Positions 8,386-16,240 of a stretch of DNA of 64,000 nt are shown in pieces (position 1 is the stretch's first letter; the number at the start of each line of letters is the position of its first letter). The position numbers and the translations under genes were made by a program. Below the pieces are notes generated by a model. The model had not been told where the DNA came from and ran no database searches. It worked only from the letters and a program-made list of their open reading frames with translations. The stretch is taken from assembly GCA_965208165.1 (NCBI GenBank), contig OZ242323.1, forward strand, positions 2,864,893-2,928,892. Direction: 5' to 3'. Source of the DNA: Vicinamibacterales bacterium (lineage in GTDB: Bacteria > Acidobacteriota > Vicinamibacteria > Vicinamibacterales > UBA8438).

Positions 8386-9624
8386 ATGAACGTCGATCCG
8401 ACGCGGCGCCGCTTCCTCCACACCCTGGCCGTCGGCAGCGTCATCCGGCCGGTGCTCGCCGGCCGCCCCGCGGCGGCGCAGTCGGGCGAGTCGTTCTGGG
8501 AGGAGGTCCGCCGGCAGTTCGCGTTCCGCGAGGAACGGGTGCCGATGAACGCGGCGAACCTGTGCCCGTCGCCCCGGGCGGTGGGCGAGCGGGTGAGCGC
8601 GCTGACCCGCGACATCGACGTCGACTGCTCGTTCCCGAACCGCGCCAAGTTCGGCCCCCTGCTCGAGGCGTCGCGCGAGGCGGTGGCGGCGCAGCTCGGG
8701 GTCACCGCGGACGAGATCGCCCTCGTCCGGAACACGAGCGAGGCCAACAACGTCGTCAACGCGGGGCTCCCCCTCGACGCGGGCGACGAGGTCGTGGTGT
8801 GGGACCAGAACCACCCGACCAACAACGTCGCGTGGGAGGTGCGGGCGGCGCGCTACGGGCTGGCGGTGAAGCGGGTGGCGACGCCAGCCGCCCCGTCGGG
8901 CGTGGACGAGCTGATCGACGTCTTCGAGCGCGCCCTGACCCCGCGCACGCAGGTGCTGGCGCTGACTCACGTCTCGAACGTGAGCGGCGTACGGCTTCCG
9001 GTGCGCGAGCTGTGCGACATCGCCCACCGCCGCGGCATCCACGTCCACGTCGACGGCGCGCAGAGCTGGGGCGCCCTCGACGTCGACCTGCGCCACCTCG
9101 GCTGCGACTCCTGGACGGGCAGCGCCCACAAGTGGTTCCTCGGGCCGAAGGAGGTCGGGCTGCTCTACGTCCGCGCCGACCGCGTGGCGGACATCTGGCC
9201 GAGCATCGTCGCCCCGAGCTGGGGCGGCGAGGTCGAGCCCCGCCCCCGCGGCGCCCGGAAGTTCGAGTCGCTGGGCCAGCGCGACGACGCGGCCCTCGCC
9301 GCCGTCGCCACGACGGTGGCGTTCCACGACCGCCTGGGCATGGCGCACGTCGAGGCGCGCATCGTCGAGCTCGCGACGGTGCTGAAGACCGGACTCGCCG
9401 AGGCCGGCTTCGAGCTCGTCACGCCGATGGCGCCCGAGCTGAGCGGAGGTGTCGTGATCGCCGCCCGTGCCCCGGATCGGCGGGGTTCCCTGGTGACCGC
9501 GTTGTACGAGCGGTACGGCATCGCCGGGGCCGCCACCGGCGGGCTGCGCCTCTGCCCGCACGTCTACAACACCCTCGAGCACGTTCGTCGCGCGGTTCAC
9601 GGTGCGGCGGCGCTCCGGGCGTGA
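8386..9624 (+). CDS. Class V aminotransferase-fold PLP enzyme (cysteine desulfurase / isopenicillin-N epimerase-like) with Tat signal
   Basis: 412 aa with SD AAGGAG upstream. N-terminus MNVDPTRRRFLHTLAVGSVIRPVLAGRPAAAQ carries a twin-arginine motif. PLP-lysine block SAHKWFLGPKEVGLLYV. Confidence 0.8.
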   Translation: MNVDPTRRRFLHTLAVGSVIRPVLAGRPAAAQSGESFWEEVRRQFAFREERVPMNAANLCPSPRAVGERVSALTRDIDVDCSFPNRAKFGPLLEASREAVAAQLGVTADEIALVRNTSEANNVVNAGLPLDAGDEVVVWDQNHPTNNVAWEVRAARYGLAVKRVATPAAPSGVDELIDVFERALTPRTQVLALTHVSNVSGVRLPVRELCDIAHRRGIHVHVDGAQSWGALDVDLRHLGCDSWTGSAHKWFLGPKEVGLLYVRADRVADIWPSIVAPSWGGEVEPRPRGARKFESLGQRDDAALAAVATTVAFHDRLGMAHVEARIVELATVLKTGLAEAGFELVTPMAPELSGGVVIAARAPDRRGSLVTALYERYGIAGAATGGLRLCPHVYNTLEHVRRAVHGAAALRA

Positions 9625-9809
9625 CGACTCCGACGTCAGCCCCTGGCGGCGCTCCGGGCGTGACGCCCCCGACGTCAGCCCCTGGCGGCGCTCCGGGCGT
9701 GACGCCCGCGACGTCAGCCCCTGGCGGCGCTCCGGGCGTGACGCCCGCGACGTCAGCCCCTGGCGGCGCTCCGGACGTGACGCCCCCGACGTCAGCCCCT
9801 GGCGGCGCC
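9606..9809 (+). repeat. 39-bp tandem repeat x5.2 that reiterates the last codons plus TGA stop of the upstream gene
   Basis: Units start at 9606, 9645, 9684, 9723, 9762 (partial unit at 9801). Unit: ggcggcgctccgggcgtgacgcccccgacgtcagcccct. Unit 1 contains the real stop (TGA 9622-9624). Confidence 0.95.
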
Positions 9810-10289
9810 CCGCATTGCACCGAGGCCTCGACCGGTACGCCGGCGCGTGGCAAGCGCGCCCGCAGGCCGAGGCCGCATAGGGTCGGCGCCACCGTCAAGG
9901 AGCGATCAGCGCCCCGGCGAGCGTCAGGAGCGCCCGCGGGCCGAGGCGCGCCTATGCCTGGCAAGGGGTAAAGAGGGCGCAAGTTGGGTATATTGCAGCC
10001 GCGAACTGCATGTGCGGCACGGCAACCGCAGCCTTGAAGAGGTAGCCGCCCCCGGCAAGCAGCCCGTCCGGCCAACCCAACCGGAGGTCTGCGCCGATCA
10101 CGCCAACCTCCGGCGGGCGTCGTCGGGCGGCAATCGGAGGCCGTTGCGCGACCCTGCGGTCGCGTGGGGAGTTTCGCCGGCCCTGAGCTCCTGCGGTGAC
10201 GATTGCCGGGCCCCAAGCGGGATGCACCGCCGCTCGAATGCAGCGGAGACCCCCACCGCGCGCTGCCGACCGACCGAGACGGGACGCCC

Positions 10290-12044
10290 ATGATGGAATC
10301 GAACGCCGCCGACACCACCCGAGGCATCCGCTACGAGCCCGACGAGCAGCCGCCGCACGCCCTCGCCCTGGGGCTGGGATTCCAGTACGCGATGCTCGCC
10401 GTCGCGGGAATCGTCGTGACCCCCGCCATCGTGGTGCGGGCGGCCGGCGCCGGCGAGGACTACCTGACGTGGGCGGCCTTCGCCGCGCTCGCGATCAGCG
10501 GCGTCACCACGGTGTTCCAGGCCCTCCGCGTCGGCCAGATCGGCTCGGGCTACATCCTGATGATGGGCACCTCGGGCGCCTTCATCGCGGTCTGCGTCAC
10601 CGCCCTCGCGGAAGGGGGGCCGGGGATGCTCGCGTCGCTGGTCGCGGCCTCGGCCCTGGTGCAGTTCGCCCTCTCGGTTCGGCTCGCGCTGCTGCGGCGA
10701 CTCTTCACGCCGACCGTGTGCGGCACCGTGATCATGCTGATCGCGGTGACCGTCATGCCCATCGTCTTCGACATGCTGACCCAGGTGCCGGAGGGGGCCT
10801 CACCGGCCGCGGCCCCCGTCAGCGCCGCCGTCACGATCGTCGTCACCGTCGCGGTGACCCTGCGCGCGGCCGGCGTCTGGCGCCTCTGGGCGCCGGTCAT
10901 CGGCATCGTCTCGGGCTGCGTGGTCGGCGCCGCCTATGGCATCTACGACACCCGGCTCATCGCCGAGGCGGGCTGGATCGGCCTGCCCGCGGGCGACTGG
11001 CCCGGGCTCGACCTGAGCTTCGGGGTGACCTTCTGGTCCCTCCTGCCCGCGTTCGTCTTCGTGACCCTGATCGGGGCCATCGAGACCATCGGCGACAGCG
11101 TCGCCATCCAGCGGGTGTCCTGGCGGAAGCCGCGGGCCGTCGACTTCCGCGCGGTGCAGGGCGCGGTGGCGGCGGACGGGCTGGGCAACCTGCTCTCCGG
11201 GCTCGCGGCCACGGTGCCGAACACGACCTACTCGTCGAGCATCGCGGTGGCCGAGATCACGGGGGTGACCTCGCGCCTCGTCGGCGTGTACATCGGCGCC
11301 GTCTTCGTGGGCCTGGCGTTCCTGCCCAAGTTCATGGGGCTCATCCTCGCGATCCCGGGCCCCGTGGTCTGGGGCTACACCGTCGTTCTGCTGTCCGTGC
11401 TGTTCGTGCTCGGCATGAAGGTGGTGGTGCAGGACGGCATCGACTACCGCAAGGGAGTGGTGGCCGGCGTCGCGTTCTGGGTCGGCACGGGGTTCCAGCA
11501 GCAGTGGATCTTCCCCGAGGCCCTCGGCCCGTGGTGGGGAGGGCTGCTCGGGAACGGCATGACCGCGGGCGGCCTCGCCGCGATCCTCATGACCGCGTTC
11601 CTCGAGCTCGCGCAACCACGGCCTCGACGCATCCGGACCGACCTGAACGTCGACGCCTACCCGAAGATCGACGAGTTCCTCGCCGAGTTCTCGGCCCGGC
11701 ACGGCTGGAGCGAGGCCATGGCCGACCGGGTGCGCGCGGTCGGCGAGGAGACGCTGCTGACCCTCACCAAACCCGCCGAGGAGGGCGCGACGCCCGACGG
11801 ACGGCACCTGCTGCTGACCGCCCGCCGCGACGGGCTCGCCGCGGAGCTGGAGTTCGTGGCCGCGACCGACGACTCGAACATCGAGGACCAACTGGCGCTG
11901 CTCGGAGACCGGAGCGGCGACGCGCCGGGCGACCGCGAGGTCTCGCTGCGGCTGCTGCGCCACTTCGCCTCGTCGGTGCGCCACCAGCAGTACCACGACA
12001 CCGACGTGGTGACCGTCCGCGTCGAGCCGAGGGCCGCCGCCTGA
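10290..12044 (+). CDS. NCS2-family nucleobase (xanthine/uracil-type) permease with extra soluble C-terminal domain
   Basis: In frame with the 613-aa track ORF; start moved to ATG 10290 (MMESNAAD...). Multi-TM body with NCS2-like blocks (GLGFQYAMLAVAGIVVTPAIV, IETIGDSVAIQ, TTYSSSIAVAEITGV). The last ~135 aa are hydrophilic. Confidence 0.75.
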   Translation: MMESNAADTTRGIRYEPDEQPPHALALGLGFQYAMLAVAGIVVTPAIVVRAAGAGEDYLTWAAFAALAISGVTTVFQALRVGQIGSGYILMMGTSGAFIAVCVTALAEGGPGMLASLVAASALVQFALSVRLALLRRLFTPTVCGTVIMLIAVTVMPIVFDMLTQVPEGASPAAAPVSAAVTIVVTVAVTLRAAGVWRLWAPVIGIVSGCVVGAAYGIYDTRLIAEAGWIGLPAGDWPGLDLSFGVTFWSLLPAFVFVTLIGAIETIGDSVAIQRVSWRKPRAVDFRAVQGAVAADGLGNLLSGLAATVPNTTYSSSIAVAEITGVTSRLVGVYIGAVFVGLAFLPKFMGLILAIPGPVVWGYTVVLLSVLFVLGMKVVVQDGIDYRKGVVAGVAFWVGTGFQQQWIFPEALGPWWGGLLGNGMTAGGLAAILMTAFLELAQPRPRRIRTDLNVDAYPKIDEFLAEFSARHGWSEAMADRVRAVGEETLLTLTKPAEEGATPDGRHLLLTARRDGLAAELEFVAATDDSNIEDQLALLGDRSGDAPGDREVSLRLLRHFASSVRHQQYHDTDVVTVRVEPRAAA

Positions 12045-12288
12045 GTACCCGGGGGCTCGTGGCGAGAACCCCGGGATCCGGCCCGGGCGCCCGGCGGGGG
12101 AGCCTGTGCCTTCGTTGCGGTCGCCGCCGAACTGCCCGTCACGGAGTTGGCCGCTTCCCACCGGGGGGCGGCGGCGCGCCGACGGACGCTGACGGATACT
12201 ACCCTGCCACGCGCCGGGCGCCCGAACGGCAGGAACGGGTTGCGCCCGGTACGGTTGGCAACCTCAGTACCGATCACTGTCCTGCGGC

Positions 12289-13248
12289 TCAGGCTCCGGC
12301 CGCGGAGAAGCCGCCCAGCACCCGCTTTCCCAGCGCCGACACGATAAGGTGGACCGCGAGCTCGGCCGTCTGGTTGCGCAGGTCGAGGACCGGGTTGACC
12401 TCGGCGACCTCGAGCGACCGCAGGCCGCCGGAGGCGGCGGCCCGCTCCATGACGGAATGGACCTCGCGCACCGTCAGCCCCCCGGGGACGGGCGTGCCGA
12501 CGCCGGGCGCGGCGGACGGATCGAGGGCGTCCACGTCGAGGCTCAGATGGAAGCCGCCGGTCCCCTCGAGGACGAGGTCCAGCGCCTCGTCGACGACCGG
12601 AGACATGCCGCGCCGGTCCACCTCCTCCATGGTGTAGACCCGCACCCCGAGCGACGCCACCACCGCGGCCTCCTCGGGGTCCACGCTCCGCGCCCCGATG
12701 ACCGCCGCGTTCGCCGGCGAGAGGCGCGCTGCGCCGGGCGCGAACCCGCCGACGCGCGTCAGGGCGTCGGGCCCCTTCCCGAGAATCGCGGCCAGCGGCA
12801 TGCCGTGCAGGTTCCCGCTCGGCGAGGTCTCCGGGGTGTTGGCGTCGGTGTGCGCATCGATCCAGAGCAGTCCGATGCGCTCGCGGGCGGTGCCGCCGCC
12901 CGTCGCCGAGGCCATGCCCGAGACCGTTCCAAGCGCGATCGAGTGGTCGCCGCCGAGAACGACCGGTAGCCGCCCCGTGAGCCGGACCCTCCGCACCTGT
13001 TCGGCGAGCGCCTCGAGGACCGCGGCGATCTCCGCGAGGTAGCGGGCGTTCTCGTCCCCGGGACCGCCGAGAGACTCGACCACCGGGGCGGCGAGGTTGC
13101 CCTCGTCGGAGACCTCGCGCCCGAGGCTGCGAATCCTGTCGACGAGGCCGGCGTTCCGCATCGCCGACGGCCCCATGTCCACGCCCCGGCGGCCGGCCCC
13201 GAGGTCGAGGGGGACTCCGATCACGGACACCGGAGCGCGGGAGGGCAT
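12289..13248 (-). CDS. rocF: Arginase
   Basis: ATG 13248 (MPSRAPVSVIGVPLDLG...), in frame with the 400-aa track ORF. Mn-site blocks GGDHSIALG, DAHTDANTP, SGNLHGMPLA, SLDVDALDP. Confidence 0.85.
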   Translation of the reverse strand: MPSRAPVSVIGVPLDLGAGRRGVDMGPSAMRNAGLVDRIRSLGREVSDEGNLAAPVVESLGGPGDENARYLAEIAAVLEALAEQVRRVRLTGRLPVVLGGDHSIALGTVSGMASATGGGTARERIGLLWIDAHTDANTPETSPSGNLHGMPLAAILGKGPDALTRVGGFAPGAARLSPANAAVIGARSVDPEEAAVVASLGVRVYTMEEVDRRGMSPVVDEALDLVLEGTGGFHLSLDVDALDPSAAPGVGTPVPGGLTVREVHSVMERAAASGGLRSLEVAEVNPVLDLRNQTAELAVHLIVSALGKRVLGGFSAAGA

Positions 13249-13273
13249 GACGATATCGTAGCCCGGACAGCGC

Positions 13274-13311
13274 CGCCCCGGGAGTCTCGCGGCAACGAGA
13301 CTCCCGGGGCG
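13274..13311. other. Perfect 16-bp-stem hairpin/palindrome in the arginase-porin divergent region
   Basis: CGCCCCGGGAGTCTCG-cggcaa-CGAGACTCCCGGGGCG. The GGGAGTC/GACTCCC core resembles the hairpin of the dispersed repeat family. Confidence 0.9.
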
Positions 13312-13503
13312 GCCGCGGGGTCGCGCTGCGGCGTCCACCGCGTTGCGACGCCCCACCACCACCCTTCCGAGGGAGTCGCTCCGGCGGGAAGCAGAAAGGC
13401 AAAGCGCGGCCGCGGGGTCGCGCTGCGGCGTCCGCCGCCTTGCGACGCCCCCACCGACCCTTCCGAGGGAGTCGCTCCCGCGGGAAGCCACGGAAAGGCA
13501 AGA
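13310..13503. repeat. 97-bp tandem direct repeat x2
   Basis: cggccgcggggtcgcgctgcggcgtcc...cttccgagggagtcgctcc..gcgggaagc starts at 13310 and again at 13407, with a few substitutions. Confidence 0.9.
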
Positions 13504-13585
13504 CCGTGATGCCGCGAGTTTCGCGCTCTCTCGCCGCCGCGCGCGACCACGCCCCGCCGGACGCGTGTTAAGTTAGACGGAGCAC

Positions 13586-14932
13586 ATGCTCCGCGGCGCA
13601 GCCGGTACGGCCCCCCGCCGGCAGACAGACAAGGGCCGGCGGCCGGCGCCGCGATCATCCGTGGGCGGCGCGCTCGCGCTGGCCCTCGGCTGGTCCCTCG
13701 CCGGGCCCGCCCACGCCCAGTCGACCGATCCCGGACAGCCGCGCTTCGCCGTCACCGGCCGCCTCCACTGGGACGCGGCCATCTACCGGCGCGTCGACCA
13801 CGCCGGCGCCGGCGTCGGCCCCCGGGAGGCCCGGCCCCTGCCCCGCCGCGCCCGTCTCGGCGCGGGCGGCGGGGCCGGCCGCTTCTCCTGGGTCTTCGTC
13901 GTCGACGCCGACGGCGACCGCGACGGCCCCGCCCGGGCGGTGGAGATCGAGGACGCCGCCGTCCACTACTCGCCGTCGGATGGGATCAGGCTCGGCGTCG
14001 GGAGGATGAAGATCCCGGTGACGTTCGCGGAGAGCGTCTCGTCGAACGACATCGCCTTCATCGAGCGCGCGCTGCCCGTCGACGCGTTCACCGACGAGCC
14101 GCTCGGCCCGAAGGTGACCAACGCCCAGGTCTGGATCTACGGCCGCCACCACCTCGTCGAGGCGGCGGTTCACCTCGCACGCGATGCCGCGGCGGGGCCG
14201 GAGCCCGACGCTCGTGCAAAGAAGCTCGGGGTCACCGGGCGGGCGGCGTTCGCCCCCGTTCGGACCGCGACGAAGGCGTTGCACCTGGGCGGCTGGGCGG
14301 ACCGCTCCGCCGGCCCCGTGGACGCGGCGCGATGGGGCTTCGGGCCCGAGCTGGAGGCTGCGGACGGCCCGACCCTGACCGGCCGACGGCCCGACGGGAC
14401 GCTGGCGTCGCTGGTCCACGGGGGCCTCGAAGCCGCGTGGCTCGACGGCCCGTTCTGGGCGCAGGCCGAGGTGATGGGAGGGCGGTTCCGTCGAGCCGAC
14501 AGGACCGACTACGCGGCCGGCGGATGGTACGCCCAGGTCGGGTACGTGGCGGGCGGCGCCCGCGGCTACGACATGCAGGAGGGAGCCTGGTCGCCGGTCG
14601 CCGTCACCGAGGCGGCGACTGCCGGAGGCATCGGTACCGTGGAGCTCGCGCTGCGCTACAGCCGCGTCGACTTCGGCGAGCCGGTGACCCCCACCGAGAC
14701 CCGGCCGGTGGGCGGCACCGGGCACGCCGGGCGTCAGTCGAACGTGACCGCGGGAGTCAACTGGCACCTCACCGGCCACAGCCGGCTGATGTTCAACGTG
14801 ATCCACGTCGACCTCGACGGCGCCTTCGGCCGCCGCGGGTCCGGCGCCGCGGACGGCACGCCGGGGTCGACCGCGGCGCCCGTCACAGACGCTTTCCGAA
14901 TCTACGGCATGCGCTGGCAGTACAGCTGGTGA
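13586..14932 (+). CDS. Outer-membrane porin, phosphate-selective porin O/P-like
   Basis: 448 aa, GGAG 5 nt upstream of the ATG. Signal peptide ends AHAQ. Beta-rich sequence with aromatic C-terminus ...FRIYGMRWQYSW. Family assignment is by general pattern only. Confidence 0.55.
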   Translation: MLRGAAGTAPRRQTDKGRRPAPRSSVGGALALALGWSLAGPAHAQSTDPGQPRFAVTGRLHWDAAIYRRVDHAGAGVGPREARPLPRRARLGAGGGAGRFSWVFVVDADGDRDGPARAVEIEDAAVHYSPSDGIRLGVGRMKIPVTFAESVSSNDIAFIERALPVDAFTDEPLGPKVTNAQVWIYGRHHLVEAAVHLARDAAAGPEPDARAKKLGVTGRAAFAPVRTATKALHLGGWADRSAGPVDAARWGFGPELEAADGPTLTGRRPDGTLASLVHGGLEAAWLDGPFWAQAEVMGGRFRRADRTDYAAGGWYAQVGYVAGGARGYDMQEGAWSPVAVTEAATAGGIGTVELALRYSRVDFGEPVTPTETRPVGGTGHAGRQSNVTAGVNWHLTGHSRLMFNVIHVDLDGAFGRRGSGAADGTPGSTAAPVTDAFRIYGMRWQYSW

Positions 14933-14957
14933 CGAGCTGAGGCCGGCGTCCAACGAC

Positions 14958-15375
14958 AAGCCGACCGTCATCAAGAGGAACCTGCGGGGACCGGCCCGAC
15001 GACGCCATTCGTACCGCGCTCCGCCAGGGAGGCGCCATTACGGACCGCCGTCCCGCGTCCGCACCTGCCGGGCCCACGAGCGGTTCGCGACGTACCAGTC
15101 GACGAGCCGCTTCACGCCGTCCCGCCACGCCGTACGCGGCTCCCAGTCGAGCAGCCGCTTCGCCTTCAAGCCGACCGTCATCAAGAGGAACCCGCGGGGA
15201 CCGGCCCGACGGCGCCATTCGTACCGCGCTCCGCCAGGGAGGCGCATCACGGACCGCCGTCCCGCGTCCGCACCTGCCGGGCCCACGAGCGGTTCGCGAC
15301 GTACCAGTCGACGAGCCGCTTCACGCCGTCCCTCCACGCCGTACGCGGCTCCCAGTCGAGCAGCCGCTTCGCCTT
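14958..15375. repeat. ~209-bp tandem duplication spanning the 3' end and stop of the epimerase gene plus ~80 bp downstream
   Basis: 14958-15166 is near-identical to 15168-15375. The distal copy keeps a 43-codon C-terminal fragment (KAKRLLDWEPRTAWRDGVKRLVDWYVANRSWARQVRTRDGGP) ending in TAA at 15038, versus TGA at 15247 in the intact gene. Confidence 0.95.
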
Positions 15376-16236
15376 GGAGACGTCCGCCCAGGTCGCCGGC
15401 GCGTCCGCGGAATGGGCCGGCCGGTGCTCGACACGGGCGCGCCGCCCGACGCACGCCTCGACGAAGCCGAGAACGTCGAGCAGGGGCACCGGCGCGCCCG
15501 CGCCGAGGTTGACGACCTCGTGGCCGAGGGGCGCGAGGCCCGCGACGGTGCCGCGCGCGATGTCGTCGATGTACGTGAAGTCCCGCGACTGCGTCCCGTC
15601 GCCGTACAGCCGCACGGGACGGTCCTCGTGAACCCACTGCACGAACCGGAAGAGGCTCATGTCGGGCCGGCCGGCGGGGCCGTACACGGTGAAGTAGCGG
15701 AGGACGGTGACGTCGAGCCCGAAGAGATGGTGATAGGCGTGGCAGAGCCCCTCGGCCGCCTGCTTGGTGGCGGCGTACGGGCTGGGCGGCCGGCTCGTGT
15801 CCGCGTCCTCGCGGTGGGGCATCGGGCCGCGCGCATCGTAGAGGCTCGAGGTCGACGCCAGCACGAACTTCGGCACCCCGCGCTCGCGGCAGAGGTTCAG
15901 CAGGTTGAGGGTGCCGGTGACGTTGGCGTCGACGCAGGCCCAGGGGTCGTCGACGCTGGCCCGGACCCCGGCCCGGGCGGCGAGGTTTATCACGCCGTCG
16001 ATGGGCGGCTCGCGGTCGCACGCGGCCTCGAGCGCGGCGCGATCCGAGACGTCCGCCCGCCGGAACGTGAAGCGCTCGCGGGTTCGCAGCCGCTCGAGGC
16101 GCCAGTGCTTGAGCCGGACGTCGTAGGCGTCGTTCAGATCGTCGACGCCGAGGACCGCGTGACCGCCGTCCAGCAGCTTCTCCGCGACCGCGGCCCCGAC
16201 GAACCCCGCCGCCCCCGCCAGCAGATAGTTCGCCAC
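15247..16236 (-). CDS. NAD-dependent epimerase/dehydratase (UDP-sugar 4-epimerase-like, extended SDR)
   Basis: 329 aa with Rossmann GAAGFVGAAVAEKLL and catalytic YAATKQAAE (YxxxK). Confidence 0.8.
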   Translation of the reverse strand: MANYLLAGAAGFVGAAVAEKLLDGGHAVLGVDDLNDAYDVRLKHWRLERLRTRERFTFRRADVSDRAALEAACDREPPIDGVINLAARAGVRASVDDPWACVDANVTGTLNLLNLCRERGVPKFVLASTSSLYDARGPMPHREDADTSRPPSPYAATKQAAEGLCHAYHHLFGLDVTVLRYFTVYGPAGRPDMSLFRFVQWVHEDRPVRLYGDGTQSRDFTYIDDIARGTVAGLAPLGHEVVNLGAGAPVPLLDVLGFVEACVGRRARVEHRPAHSADAPATWADVSKAKRLLDWEPRTAWRDGVKRLVDWYVANRSWARQVRTRDGGP

Positions 16237-16240
16237 GTGC

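Noticed and set aside
9606-9809. Possible CRISPR array (regular 39-bp periodicity); likewise 43815-44169 (59-bp periodicity)
   Set aside because: The units are contiguous and near-identical along their whole length. There are no unique spacers between conserved repeats, and no cas genes or leader. These are plain tandem repeats.
9990-10045. Purine riboswitch upstream of the NCS2 permease (two adjacent hairpins with 7-8 nt loops)
   Set aside because: No P1 helix could be formed around them. The conserved junction nucleotides of the purine riboswitch are absent.
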